DNA from: Candidatus Spongiisociaceae bacterium
GTDB taxonomy: Bacteria; Actinomycetota; Acidimicrobiia; Spongiisociales; Spongiisociaceae
Direction of reading: 5' to 3'
Assembly (NCBI GenBank): GCA_965219685.1
Contig: CBDCOH010000002.1
Coordinates: 3,264,001 to 3,328,000 of the forward strand
DNA length: 64,000 nt
In this document: positions 27,763 to 38,059 of the stretch, piece after piece
Position numbering within the stretch: the stretch's first letter is position 1
Layout of the letters: each line of letters begins with the position of its first letter
Notes under the pieces: model-generated
The model's input: the letters and a program-made list of their open reading frames with translations, nothing else
What the model was told of the DNA's origin: nothing
The model's database searches: none
Made by a program: the position numbers and the translations under genes

Positions 27763-29523
27763 TCAGTTCCTGAAGCCCCGCGTGGATCGGTCGAGAGCTT
27801 CGGTCCTCTGGGCATAGATCCCGCCGAGGGCCATCAACTGGTCGTGAGTACCGGACTCGACAACGCGGCCCTCATCCAGAACCACGATACGATCGGCCGC
27901 CTGGATCGTGGAAGGCCGGTGGGCGACCACGATCACGGTCCGGTTTGCCAGCAACGAGGTCATCGCCTCTTGGAGATGCCGCTCGGTTGTAGGATCCAGA
28001 GCAGCCGTAGCCTCATCCAGACACACGATCGGGGTATTGCCGGCCAGTGCACGAGCGATGGCGATCCGTTGGCGTTCCCCTCCGGATAGCTGCTTGCCGC
28101 CCTCACCGATGGGGGTGTCCAAACCCAGCGGGAGGGACTCGATCAGATCCCAGCATTGGGCCGTGCGCGCGACCGAGGCGAGAGCGGCGTCATCGACCTC
28201 GCGTCCTCCAGCTATGGCCTCCCGCACGGTCCCTCCGGGCAGGTAGGTGTCCTGGAGGACGATCGAGAGGACTTCCTCACGCTGATCGGGACTCAGCAGG
28301 TTCAGGTCGATGTTCCCGACGGTGATCCGTCCCGCGTCCGGGTTCCACAATCCCGCGAGCAGATGGAGGATCGTGGTCTTGCCGGCGCCCGATTTGCCGA
28401 CGATGGCAGTTGTGGTCCCGGCCGGTGCCCGGAAACTCACTCCCTTCAGCACGGGCCGATCCTCGGCGTACCTGAACTCCACCCCCTCGAAGGAGACATC
28501 ATGGCCGGTTGGAGCCAGTCCACCACCCGGCACAGGCTGCCGCGGCAGGTCGAGCACCTCGTTTATCCGGTCGAGCGAGGCGGCCGTCGCCGGGATGCCC
28601 CCCGTGTACTCGGCAATGGCCAGTACCGCTCTGATCGCGCCGGCCACCAGGATCAGGAGCGCGACGACAGATGCTGCGTCGATCTGCGACTCGATGTAGC
28701 GCCACCCGGCAACCGCCAGGTTCGCCCCCGCCAGCAGGGATGCCCCGGCGGTGAGCGCCCCGGTGAGCGGGATCGTCCGTCGGACCGAGCGCAGGTTCTC
28801 CGCCCGGTACTCCCGGAGCGAGTCGTCGAGACGGGATGACAGCTCCGACCTGATGCCGAAGGCCTTGGCCACCTCAATGCCCTGGATGAACTCAACCACC
28901 CGCTCGTCCTGGGTGGCTCGCAACTCGCGGCGGTAGGCGATGTGGCGGGCCTGGCGGCGGAGTTTGAATCGAAACCCGACTGCCACGAGCACGAACGACA
29001 GCACCAGCGCAGCGCCCACCACAGGGTCGATCGCGAACACGACCGCCGACAGCACGATCGGCGCGATCGCGGCAGACGTGAATTCAGGAAGCAGCCCCGA
29101 GATGAACGTTTCCACGTCGTCCACATCCCGGTAGACGATCGAGCTGAGTTCGCCTCGCGGTCTCTTGAGAACCACGCCGACCGGCGCTGACCTGATGGCG
29201 GTGACCAGATCCATCCTCAACTGCCGACCCATGTCGTAGCAACCGGCAAAGAGCATCCGGTTACCGGCGCCGGCCGCTAACAGGGCGACTACCACCGATA
29301 ACAGCACGAAGCCTGTTGCAAGCCACACGAAGGGGGTATCGAGCCGACCGGCCACCAGACGCGCCGCCACGACCGCAACAACTACGAGCGTCGCGTGGAT
29401 AGCCAGGGCATGGAGGGTGTACCAAAGGAGCGCTCGACGTACCCGGCCTGCGTTCGCGCCGAGGGCCCTTTGCAGGGGTCCGATGATGACCAGATTCACC
29501 GGCCGACTGTCGCGGACGCTCAT
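27763..29523 (-). CDS. Type IV ABC half-transporter, YbtQ/IrtB-like, copy 2
   Basis: Paralog of 19603..21378 (QDERVVEFIQGIEVAKAFG.RSEL); GKSGAGKTT, LSGGERQR. Confidence 0.88.
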   Translation of the reverse strand: MSVRDSRPVNLVIIGPLQRALGANAGRVRRALLWYTLHALAIHATLVVVAVVAARLVAGRLDTPFVWLATGFVLLSVVVALLAAGAGNRMLFAGCYDMGRQLRMDLVTAIRSAPVGVVLKRPRGELSSIVYRDVDDVETFISGLLPEFTSAAIAPIVLSAVVFAIDPVVGAALVLSFVLVAVGFRFKLRRQARHIAYRRELRATQDERVVEFIQGIEVAKAFGIRSELSSRLDDSLREYRAENLRSVRRTIPLTGALTAGASLLAGANLAVAGWRYIESQIDAASVVALLILVAGAIRAVLAIAEYTGGIPATAASLDRINEVLDLPRQPVPGGGLAPTGHDVSFEGVEFRYAEDRPVLKGVSFRAPAGTTTAIVGKSGAGKTTILHLLAGLWNPDAGRITVGNIDLNLLSPDQREEVLSIVLQDTYLPGGTVREAIAGGREVDDAALASVARTAQCWDLIESLPLGLDTPIGEGGKQLSGGERQRIAIARALAGNTPIVCLDEATAALDPTTERHLQEAMTSLLANRTVIVVAHRPSTIQAADRIVVLDEGRVVESGTHDQLMALGGIYAQRTEALDRSTRGFRN

Positions 29524-31259
29524 GAGGGCACCGGGTGTCTCGTCCAGTCGTTCCAGAGCCGGCGGTACAGGCCATCGACTACGACCAGGTCGTGGTGGGT
29601 GCCCACCTGTACCAACCGGCCACCGTCGATCACCAGGATCTGGTCGGCGTCGACAACGGTCGAGAGCCGGTGCGCGACGATCAGCACGGTCTTGCCTCGG
29701 GCCAGGGTCCAGAGGGCGTCCCGAAGTATCGCCTCGCTGTCGGGGTCGACGAAAGCGGTGGCCTCGTCGAGGATGACCAGCGGTGAGTCATGCAGTATCG
29801 CCCTGGCGATGGCCAGCCTCTGGCGTTCGCCGGCTGACAGGTTCACGCCCCTCGATCCGATCACCGATCGGTAGCCGTCGGGAAGTGCAAGCACCACGTC
29901 GTGCACGTTCGCCTGCCGGGCGGCCTCCTCCACCTGGTCCTGGGAAGCTGCGGGGTCGGCAAGCCTCAGGTTCTCCAGAACCGTGTCCCGGAAGAGGAAG
30001 GTGTCCTGGAAGACGAAAGCCACCTGGCGCATGAGGTGATCGAGCGGGAGATCGCGGATGTCAACCCGGCCGAGGGTGACGCGGCCGGAGTCGACATCCC
30101 AGAATCGTGCTGCCAACCGGGCCAGGGTTGACTTCCCGGCGCCGGTTGGCCCGACGAGCGCGGTAACGGATCCCGCCGGCGCGTGGAATGACACGTCGGA
30201 AAGGACCTCGGAGCGGCCGTAGCCGAAGGAGACGGAGTGGAATCTCAGATCGGAGCCGTGGCTGGGAGGCGGCCCCGATCGCTCCGGCTGCGTTGCCAGG
30301 GTCATGGTCTCGTCGATGACCCCGGCGGCGTAACTGATCTTGTTGAGTTGGAAGTAGATGCGACGCAGGCGGAGGATCGGAAGGCCGTATCCGAGGCCTA
30401 TCACCAGGAAGAAGGCGAGATCAGTGACCGGCGCCAGGTCGGCGACCACAAGCAAGCCGCCTACCGGCAGGATGAGCAGAGCGGGGGCCCGGGTCAGCAC
30501 GAGGTAGGCGGTGCCGTAGGGTGTGAACCGCTCCAGCCACTCGGAGTTCGTGTCGGCCACCTCGTCCACCGCGTCCTTGAGGGTCCGAGGTGGCCGCCGG
30601 GACCGATCCAGCACGGCCGTCGTGAGCAAACCGTCCAAGAGCTCGACCAGCCGGCGGGACATCCTCGCCTCCGCTCGGCTCGTGGCTGCCATGTAGTACT
30701 GGCTCCGCCGGGTTCCCACCATCAGGATCGCGAAGGCGACCCCGGCCACGGCGAAGGTCGCCAGCGCCAGCCGCGCGTCCACCACCACCAGCCACACGGT
30801 GACCACTACCCACGACACGATCGCGGAGACGAACTCGGGGAACGAGTGGGAAACGAATAGCTCGAGCTGTGAGACGTCGCCCACGACGACACCCTGCAAG
30901 TCGCCGCTGTGGCGCCCGGTCACCTTCCCCAGCGGTAGGCGGGTGAAGCGGTTCAGCAGACCCACGCGCAGAGTATGGAGCTGTTCGTAGGCGGCGATGT
31001 GGGAGACGTACATCGCCGCCGACCAGGTGAGAGACTGGAGCGCGGCCAGGACTCCACCCGCAAGGGCATACCAGACGAGCCGTACAGGCTCGCTGCCTTC
31101 GATCACGACCTCGATCGCCAGGTAGAGGAGGAAGAACGGGGCCAACTCCAGGATGCTGCTGACCACCGCCAGTACGGTGGCCACCGTGAGGATTCCGGTC
31201 ACCGACCGATTGAACCTGAGAAGGGTTCGAGTCCCGGTCGTCACCGCCCTGTCCGTCAC
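29520..31259 (-). CDS. Type IV ABC half-transporter, YbtP/IrtA-like, copy 2
   Basis: Paralog of 21375..23141 (GTRTLL.F, LELAPF, KISYAAGV); GPTGAGKST, LSAGERQR. GTG start inferred from alignment with copy 1. Confidence 0.86.
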   Translation of the reverse strand: MTDRAVTTGTRTLLRFNRSVTGILTVATVLAVVSSILELAPFFLLYLAIEVVIEGSEPVRLVWYALAGGVLAALQSLTWSAAMYVSHIAAYEQLHTLRVGLLNRFTRLPLGKVTGRHSGDLQGVVVGDVSQLELFVSHSFPEFVSAIVSWVVVTVWLVVVDARLALATFAVAGVAFAILMVGTRRSQYYMAATSRAEARMSRRLVELLDGLLTTAVLDRSRRPPRTLKDAVDEVADTNSEWLERFTPYGTAYLVLTRAPALLILPVGGLLVVADLAPVTDLAFFLVIGLGYGLPILRLRRIYFQLNKISYAAGVIDETMTLATQPERSGPPPSHGSDLRFHSVSFGYGRSEVLSDVSFHAPAGSVTALVGPTGAGKSTLARLAARFWDVDSGRVTLGRVDIRDLPLDHLMRQVAFVFQDTFLFRDTVLENLRLADPAASQDQVEEAARQANVHDVVLALPDGYRSVIGSRGVNLSAGERQRLAIARAILHDSPLVILDEATAFVDPDSEAILRDALWTLARGKTVLIVAHRLSTVVDADQILVIDGGRLVQVGTHHDLVVVDGLYRRLWNDWTRHPVPS

Positions 31260-31542
31260 GGCAAGGTCCTCAGGGTTTGCATACGAATGGCACCTTGGCT
31301 GAGTCGAGGTTGAAATGATCGGACACCGGAACCTTCTCGTCGGTGTTGTAGCAGGGTAACCAGCCATGGAGGGCGGCTCGGCAACGTCCTGCCGTCCTGC
31401 TTCGGTCTGGGACCCCTTCGGCCAACCAGATTATAGGGACAACGGGGTCGGCCCGTCTTGTGGCCGACCAGATCAAGAGGGACCTCTGCAGGAACCGAGC
31501 AGCACTACCGGTCGTCCCTTCGCCTGCTCGTGCGCGTGGGGC

Positions 31543-32991
31543 CTAGCCGGAACGTTTCAGGACCCGTCCGGGCCTGGCACCGTTGTGGGTTCCATGCTCG
31601 ACAACCGGTGTCCCACTGACCCAGACCCCATGTATTCCGGCCGGGAAACGGTGTGGTGCTTCGTAGGTGCCCTGATCCATGATCTCGTCGGGATCGAAGA
31701 GCACGAGATCCGCGATGGCGCCCCGCCTCACCACGCCGCGGTCGGCGAGGCCGAAGACCTGCGCCGGGCGCCCGGTCATCTTGTGAACCGCCTGTTCGAT
31801 GCTGAGCAGCCCCAGGTCCCTGGCGTACCGGCCGATGACCCTGGCGAAGGTGCCGTAGAGACGTGGATGGGGCGTACCGTCCAGTGTTGGAACACCGTCA
31901 CTGCCCACCATGATGTCCGGGCGGGCGACAGCTGTCCGGACATCATCTTCGGACATGATGTGGAGGACGACACTCGTGTTGGGCTCCGCTTCGAGGACAG
32001 CCGGGCCAGCCTCCGAGACGCTGACGCCCAGTTCGTCCGCCAGGTCCGCGAGCGTCCGACCGTGCCACTCCGGGTGGTCTCTCGTCGACGCGATGACAAC
32101 AGTCTCGGGTGACGTGTTCTCGATACCGCCGTCCACGACGGCTGCCAATCCGGTACTCCCGGCCGTGTACGGATAGTGGTCGGCCGTAACGGTGGGGCCC
32201 GCCCGGTCGATCCGGGCCAGAGCATCGCTGACCTTGCCGAAGTTGTGGCTGCCGGCCGCCTTGAGGTGCGAGATCACCACCGGTGTCGAGGCTGCCTGCC
32301 CGATCCCGATGGCCTCATCCACGGCCTCGATCAACCGGTCGCCCTCGTTCCGAATATGCGACGCGTAGATACCCCCGGCCTCGCCGACCGGGCCCGCCAA
32401 CTCCGCGATCTCCTCCGGGGTCGCGTACCGTCCGGGCTCGTACACCAAGCCGGTCGACATGCCGACGCAGCCGGCCGCCAGAGCATCGGCGACCAGGCCG
32501 GACATCTCGGCTATCTGGCCGGGGCTCGGCTCGCCCGGACCCCGTCCGACCACACCCTCCCTCAACGTTCCGTGGCCGACCAACGCCGCAACGTTCACCG
32601 AGGCCGGGCAGGCGTCCAGGTAGTCGAAGTAGTCCTGGAAGTCGGTCCACTCGGGGACTTCGGCCTCACCGTGGATCATGCGCACGAAGAATTCGTTCCA
32701 GCGCTTAGGAGCCGCCCCGACCCCGCAGTTGCCGACCACGACGGTCGTGACGCCGCCCATGATCTTGAATTGCATGTCCGGGTAGAGCGCTACCGCGTAG
32801 TCGTCGTGGCTGTGGGTGTCTATGAAGCCGGGAGCGAGGACCAGTCCGGCGGCATCGCAAGAGGGACCGCTCCCAACCCCGACCTCGCCGACCGATCGGA
32901 TACGGTCGCCGTCGACTTCCACATCCGATTCGAACATCGGGGCACCTGTGCCGTCGGCTACCAGCGCCCCCCGTATCACGAACCGCGCCAT
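31543..32991 (-). CDS. N-acyl-D-amino-acid deacylase (D-aminoacylase family)
   Basis: PGFIDTHSHDD, VVGNCG, STGLVYEPG, SHIRNE, ISHLK, GSDG..HPRLYGTF. Confidence 0.92.
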   Translation of the reverse strand: MARFVIRGALVADGTGAPMFESDVEVDGDRIRSVGEVGVGSGPSCDAAGLVLAPGFIDTHSHDDYAVALYPDMQFKIMGGVTTVVVGNCGVGAAPKRWNEFFVRMIHGEAEVPEWTDFQDYFDYLDACPASVNVAALVGHGTLREGVVGRGPGEPSPGQIAEMSGLVADALAAGCVGMSTGLVYEPGRYATPEEIAELAGPVGEAGGIYASHIRNEGDRLIEAVDEAIGIGQAASTPVVISHLKAAGSHNFGKVSDALARIDRAGPTVTADHYPYTAGSTGLAAVVDGGIENTSPETVVIASTRDHPEWHGRTLADLADELGVSVSEAGPAVLEAEPNTSVVLHIMSEDDVRTAVARPDIMVGSDGVPTLDGTPHPRLYGTFARVIGRYARDLGLLSIEQAVHKMTGRPAQVFGLADRGVVRRGAIADLVLFDPDEIMDQGTYEAPHRFPAGIHGVWVSGTPVVEHGTHNGARPGRVLKRSG

Positions 32992-33061
32992 GACGGAAGG
33001 TTAGCCATCGACCTATTGGCGAGCCCTCGTGGATCTCCCGGATGTCGTGTTGGACTCCGCC

Positions 33062-35386
33062 TTACGCTCTCGAGCGCGCGTCCCGGATGAGCCGCCATAT
33101 CCTCTCAGGCCTCATCGGGAGACGGGTCGGCCTGGCACCCGTGGCGTCATACACGGCGTTGGCGATGGCAGCAGCACTCGGGCCGATGGGCGGCTCCCCG
33201 ATCCCGCGGGCGCCGTACGGGCCGAGTCCCTCCCCCGACTCGATCACCACGGCTTGCATCCCGGGAAGGTCCGCGGCGGTCGGAACCAGGTACTGCGACA
33301 GCGCTCCCGATGTGGCGACCCCGGAATCTAGGGTCACCTCTTCGGAAAGGGCCTGGCCGATGCCCTGGACGGCCCCACCGATGATCTGCCCTTCCACCGT
33401 GGTCGGGTTGATGGCGCGGCCCACGTCGTGCGAGGCGATGTAGTCGAGCAGGGTGACCTTCCCGGTACGGCGGTCGACCTCCACGTCGGCGAGGTGCGTA
33501 CCGAACGTGAAATCGGGGAAGAAACGGGGGGCGTCCAAGTCGCTGGTGGTGGCCGTCCCGCCGGGACCGAAGTACGTGTGGTGCACGAAGGTGGTCTCTC
33601 CCAGCGCGGCGGCTCTGGCGAGGACGTCGACCAGCGGGATCTCGACGTTGGCGGACTTCACGCTCCCGCCGACCATGGTGAGCGCCTCGACCGGTTCGGC
33701 GGTGAGCGTGGCCGCCATTCGCAAGATCTTGTCCCGCAGGGCCACCGCGCCGTCGTGCACGGCGTTGCCCGACATGTATAGCATCCGGGTGGCGGTGGTC
33801 GTGCCGGCCCTGGGGGTCCGGGCCGAGTCGCCGAAGTGGACGGTGATGTCACGTGTCGGGACGCCCAGTACCTCTGCGGCGATCTGGGTGAGAGCTGACG
33901 CCTGCCCGGCGCCGATGTCCTGTATCCCGATCCTCACCACGACGCTCCCGTCCTGCTCGAACCCGATCCAGACCGAAGCCGTGTCGTTGAGCCACACCAG
34001 CCTGCCGTAGGACTGAATGTTGGAGGCAATCCCCCGCCCTACCAGGGCATCCGCATGCGATGGCTCCGGAAGGGGACCGCAGGCTGCCAGGACCGCGTCG
34101 ATCGTCTCGCCCAGGAGGACCTCCGTGAGCAACTGCTGGCCGACGGGGAGGGAGTCGCCCTTGGCCAGCGCGTTCTGCTTGCGGATCGACGCGCGACCCA
34201 GACCCAGCTTCTCTGCCAGCCGGTCGATCTGGGACTCGTAGCCGAACACGACCTGCATCCCTCCGAACCCTCTGAAGGCCGAGCAGGGCGGATTGTTGGT
34301 GTAAACGGCCCGGGAACGGATGCGCACGTTCGGCGTCCTGTAGGGACCGCAGGCCATGACCGACGCATACAGGAGAACCAGGGAACTGAGATAGGCGTAG
34401 GCGCCCGCATCGGCCGTGATCGTGATGTCCTGTGCGGTGATCTTCCCGTCGGCATCGGCAGCGGTCCGGTACTGCATGACCATCGGATGCCGTTTCGGCC
34501 GGGCGACGAGTGATTCCTGGCGGGTCCACACCATCCGGACAGGCCGCTTGAGGAGGTGTACGACCAAGCCGAGGTATGGTTCGACCGTCATGTCCTCCTT
34601 GCCCCCGAAGCCACCCCCCACGTAGGGCGCGATTACCCGCACCTTCGAGTGCGGGATCCCGAGCACCTTCGCAACACCGCGAAAGTGCTCAACTACCTGC
34701 GTCGAGACCCTGAGCGTGATTACGCCCTCGTCGTCTAGGAATGCCATGCCGGCCTCCGGCTCCAGGTACGCGTGGTCGACGAACTGGGTGGTGTATGTGT
34801 CCTCGACGGTCACAGAAGGCTGCGCGAAGGCAGCCTCCACATCGCCCCGGTCGACGGACCACTCAGCGAGAAGGTTGGAGCCCTCGTGGACGGATGGGGC
34901 CCCTTCACGAAGAGCATCGAACGGGTCGTATACACCGTCGCGAGCCTCGTACTCGATGTCGAGAGCCTCCTCGGCGGCGCTGAACACGTCTTCGGTCTCG
35001 GCCACGATGAGGGCTACGGGTTCGCCCTGGAACCTCACCCGGTCGGTGGCGAGTATCTGGGCCCGCGCCTTGAGGGAAGCAACCTCCGTCTCCTGGCCGG
35101 GCACGTCCACCCAGATCTCGTTGTTGGGAACGTCCTCTCCCAGAAGGACAGCGACCACGCCCGGAACCTCAAGGGCTGCGGAGATGTCACGTCTCAGGAT
35201 GTGGGCGCATGGCAGGGGCGCACGCACCAACCGTGCGTGCAACAGACCATGGGGGTTGACATCGGCCGCGTAGCGCGTAGTTCCGGCAACTTTCTCCTCG
35301 GCATCGTGCCGGCGGATCGGTTCATTGACGATCTGGAGTTCGTCCGCTTTGGAGCTCCTGACCTCGTCCCACGCCAGGTCAGCCAC
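33062..35386 (-). CDS. Xanthine dehydrogenase-family molybdopterin subunit
   Basis: HAYLEPE, GGGFGGKE, loop AFRGFGGMQ, DIGAGQ, EGQIIGG, RGIGEPP; GTG start. Confidence 0.93.
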   Translation of the reverse strand: MADLAWDEVRSSKADELQIVNEPIRRHDAEEKVAGTTRYAADVNPHGLLHARLVRAPLPCAHILRRDISAALEVPGVVAVLLGEDVPNNEIWVDVPGQETEVASLKARAQILATDRVRFQGEPVALIVAETEDVFSAAEEALDIEYEARDGVYDPFDALREGAPSVHEGSNLLAEWSVDRGDVEAAFAQPSVTVEDTYTTQFVDHAYLEPEAGMAFLDDEGVITLRVSTQVVEHFRGVAKVLGIPHSKVRVIAPYVGGGFGGKEDMTVEPYLGLVVHLLKRPVRMVWTRQESLVARPKRHPMVMQYRTAADADGKITAQDITITADAGAYAYLSSLVLLYASVMACGPYRTPNVRIRSRAVYTNNPPCSAFRGFGGMQVVFGYESQIDRLAEKLGLGRASIRKQNALAKGDSLPVGQQLLTEVLLGETIDAVLAACGPLPEPSHADALVGRGIASNIQSYGRLVWLNDTASVWIGFEQDGSVVVRIGIQDIGAGQASALTQIAAEVLGVPTRDITVHFGDSARTPRAGTTTATRMLYMSGNAVHDGAVALRDKILRMAATLTAEPVEALTMVGGSVKSANVEIPLVDVLARAAALGETTFVHHTYFGPGGTATTSDLDAPRFFPDFTFGTHLADVEVDRRTGKVTLLDYIASHDVGRAINPTTVEGQIIGGAVQGIGQALSEEVTLDSGVATSGALSQYLVPTAADLPGMQAVVIESGEGLGPYGARGIGEPPIGPSAAAIANAVYDATGARPTRLPMRPERIWRLIRDARSRA

Positions 35387-35849
35387 TGTGCTTCTCCGAC
35401 ACCGAGAGGATCGCATCGACTATGGACTGGTAGCCGGTGCACCTGCAGAGGTTGCCGTGGAGAGCATGGCGGATTTCGGAGGCAGCGGGTCGGTCGCCGC
35501 GGGCCAGCAGTTCGGAAGCGGTCAGGAGCATTCCCGGGGTGCAGAACCCGCACTGGGCAGCTCCGTGCTCGACGAAAGCATCCTGGAGTTCGGTGAAACC
35601 CTCCGATCCCAGCCCGGAGAGGGTCTGGACACTGCACCCGTCCACCTGGGCAGCCAGCACCGAGCACGAACTGACCACCATGCCGTCGAGGAGGACCGTG
35701 CACGTGCCGCACACGCCCTCGCCGCATCCGTACTTGACATCAAGGACCGAGGCTTCGTCCCGGAGCCATCGAAGGAGCGTGTAGTAACCAGGAGCCGTTC
35801 GTGTCACATCGGCGCCGTTCAGCTTGATGGTGACCGTGATCGTTCTCAT
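35379..35849 (-). CDS. Mo-hydroxylase [2Fe-2S] subunit
   Basis: GCGEGVCGTCT, QCGFCTPG, GNLCRCTGY. Confidence 0.95.
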   Translation of the reverse strand: MRTITVTIKLNGADVTRTAPGYYTLLRWLRDEASVLDVKYGCGEGVCGTCTVLLDGMVVSSCSVLAAQVDGCSVQTLSGLGSEGFTELQDAFVEHGAAQCGFCTPGMLLTASELLARGDRPAASEIRHALHGNLCRCTGYQSIVDAILSVSEKHSG

Positions 35850-36706
35850 GCCGCCTGCCTGGCTCCCATCGCGTCCCCGACGGCCCGACTCAACATGACG
35901 CCTGCCACATGGCCCCGGTACTCACTGGACTCGGCACCATCCATCACGTAGGGTGCATCCTCGATCGCCAGCGGTTCTGCGGCCGGGAGTTCGGAGAATG
36001 TCCGGCCGAGGGCAGCCCTCTCGTACGCGGTGCACCGGAACGGTCCGCTCCCGGTACCCGTTATCCCGGCCCGGATGGCTGCTATCTCACCGTCCTCGAC
36101 CTTCACCAATGCTCCAGCCGCCGCTACGGCGAAGTCACCCGGCCGGTAAGAGAACTCCCGGAAGCCCCACGACCACCCGGAGGGCAGCGGCACTCTGACC
36201 TCCGTCATGACCTCGAACTCGCCTATTGCGGTTTCGAACGGCCCCACGCTGAACTCCGAGGCACGCACCGACCTTGTGTTGACCCCATCTGTCAGTCGAT
36301 AACACGCATCGAGAAGCGTCATCACGAGAGGGAGCTCGGCAGCAGGGTCGTTGTGAACGAGCGATCCCCCGACCGTACCCATATTGCGGACTCTCGCGTT
36401 GCCGACGAAGTCCAGGGCCGTGACCAGCAACGGGAGGCAGTTCCGAACGCCTTCGGACTCGGCTACGGCTCGATAGGTGGCCATGGCACCGATAGTCATC
36501 TGCCCACCATCGAAGTTGATCGATCTGAGTGAGGCTATGTGACCCAGGTCGATAAGGATTTCAGGAGCTACCAGCCCGAGGTTCACGAGAGGTAGCAGGC
36601 TCTGGCCACCCGCCAGGAACCTTGCATTGTCGCCCTCCGCGCGAGCGATCTCAATCGCCTCTGCGACCGAGCCGGCTCGTTCATAGGTGAAGGGTCTGAC
36701 TGACAA
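35846..36706 (-). CDS. Mo-hydroxylase FAD-binding subunit
   Basis: LAGGQSLLP, RNMGTVGGSLVHNDPAAE, GDFAV. Confidence 0.92.
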   Translation of the reverse strand: MSVRPFTYERAGSVAEAIEIARAEGDNARFLAGGQSLLPLVNLGLVAPEILIDLGHIASLRSINFDGGQMTIGAMATYRAVAESEGVRNCLPLLVTALDFVGNARVRNMGTVGGSLVHNDPAAELPLVMTLLDACYRLTDGVNTRSVRASEFSVGPFETAIGEFEVMTEVRVPLPSGWSWGFREFSYRPGDFAVAAAGALVKVEDGEIAAIRAGITGTGSGPFRCTAYERAALGRTFSELPAAEPLAIEDAPYVMDGAESSEYRGHVAGVMLSRAVGDAMGARQAA

Positions 36707-36841
36707 GGCCGCCTTCCCTGCAGAAGTCTCGGAGGGCGCTGGAAAGCCCGTACAAGAGTGGCTTGCTAGGGAGCCCGCAACATTTCTGGCTAGTGCCTCC
36801 CACCGAGCGAACCCGCTGGATCCATCTGAGCGGCCTCCTAC

Positions 36842-36877
36842 AACGTACGGTAGTCCGACGAGGATTCACCGTACGTT
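36842..36877 (-). terminator. Hairpin after FAD oxidoreductase gene
   Basis: AACGTACGGT...ACCGTACGTT, a 10-bp inverted repeat abutting the stop. Confidence 0.55.
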
Positions 36878-38052
36878 CACCAGAGTTGGGTGCCTGAGGT
36901 CTCCCCGTAGTAGAAGGGACCTTCCCGGAACTGGAAGGATCCCCCGTCGTAGTCGTCGAAGCGGCGCGCCTCGGCGGCTTCGATGTCATAAAACGGCTCC
37001 TTGCCCAGCATGAGCTGTGCCACCGCTTCGGCAGCCGCCACCCTCTGGACGCCGCCACCTCCGAAACCGGTCGCCACGAACAGGCCGTCCGGTCCGAACC
37101 GGCCCAGCAGGGGCCAGGCGTCGGGTGTGGAGACGAGGGCCCCCGCCCATCCACCCGCCACCCCGGCGGCCTCGAGAATCGGGATCCGTCTCCGGACCAG
37201 CCCGATCCATCTGCCGATCTCCTGCTTATCGGGATGGCGCGGGAAACGCTCCACGTCCACACCGATGTGGGTGGGCGGCAGACCGAGCAGCAGGGCTCTC
37301 GAGTCGCGGGGCATCAGGTAGTGACCGGCCTCGAACTCGGACATGAACCGGAGGCCACCATGATCGCCGACCAGGATGAGTGCCTGCAGCACGAAGCTCT
37401 CGGTTGGGAGGTGGATCCGGCTTCTGGCCAGCAACGGGCGGGACCAGGCCCCCGCCGCAACCAAGACCCGAGGGGCGCGGATCGTCTCGCCGGCCACCAC
37501 CACACCCTTCACCCGGCCATCGGAAAGGGCCAACCGCTCTGCCGGACAGCCTTCCCATATCTCGGCGCCGGAGTTCCGGGCCATGGCGCCCAGGACGACA
37601 GTGAGATTCTGGGATCGCACGAACCCGTCGCCGGCGGTGTAGTAGCCGGCAGACAGGTCGTCGGTGAACAGGTTGGGCCAGCGAAGGGCAATCTCGCATG
37701 GTTCCAGGTACTCGCCGGCCACGTCCAGGCCGGCCGCCTGTTCCGCCCTGGCGCGGAAGGCGCGGGCGCCGTCGCGGCCCGTTGCCAGCTGCAGCCCGCC
37801 GACCTCGTGGAACCGGACCGCGCCTCCGGTCCGACGATCCAGGTCGTCGACGATAGCTCGCGTCCTGCGGAGAACCTCCAGGTTCACAGGGGAGGTCGAC
37901 TCCTGGGGAACATGGCCGGCCGCCAGGGCGCTCGACTCTGCTGCCACAGTGCCCCGGTCCAGCACGGCCACTTCGAAGCCCCCTTCAGCCAGCCTCCACG
38001 CGGCCAGCAGACCGGGGAGTCCGGCGCCGACGACCAGTGCGTCGAGACTCAT
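36877..38052 (-). CDS. FAD-dependent oxidoreductase (sarcosine oxidase beta/D-amino-acid oxidase family)
   Basis: VVGAGLPG, ESSALAAG, AAGAWS, WAG..STPDAWP..G, ATGFGGGG. Confidence 0.88.
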   Translation of the reverse strand: MSLDALVVGAGLPGLLAAWRLAEGGFEVAVLDRGTVAAESSALAAGHVPQESTSPVNLEVLRRTRAIVDDLDRRTGGAVRFHEVGGLQLATGRDGARAFRARAEQAAGLDVAGEYLEPCEIALRWPNLFTDDLSAGYYTAGDGFVRSQNLTVVLGAMARNSGAEIWEGCPAERLALSDGRVKGVVVAGETIRAPRVLVAAGAWSRPLLARSRIHLPTESFVLQALILVGDHGGLRFMSEFEAGHYLMPRDSRALLLGLPPTHIGVDVERFPRHPDKQEIGRWIGLVRRRIPILEAAGVAGGWAGALVSTPDAWPLLGRFGPDGLFVATGFGGGGVQRVAAAEAVAQLMLGKEPFYDIEAAEARRFDDYDGGSFQFREGPFYYGETSGTQLW

Positions 38053-38059
38053 GCGGGTG

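Noticed and set aside
31260-31542. Cobalamin or other riboswitch upstream of the IrtAB-like pairs (also 23142..23390)
   Set aside because: No B12-box or other aptamer consensus is recognisable by eye, only a TATAAT on the minus strand at 31430-31435. An Infernal search would be decisive.
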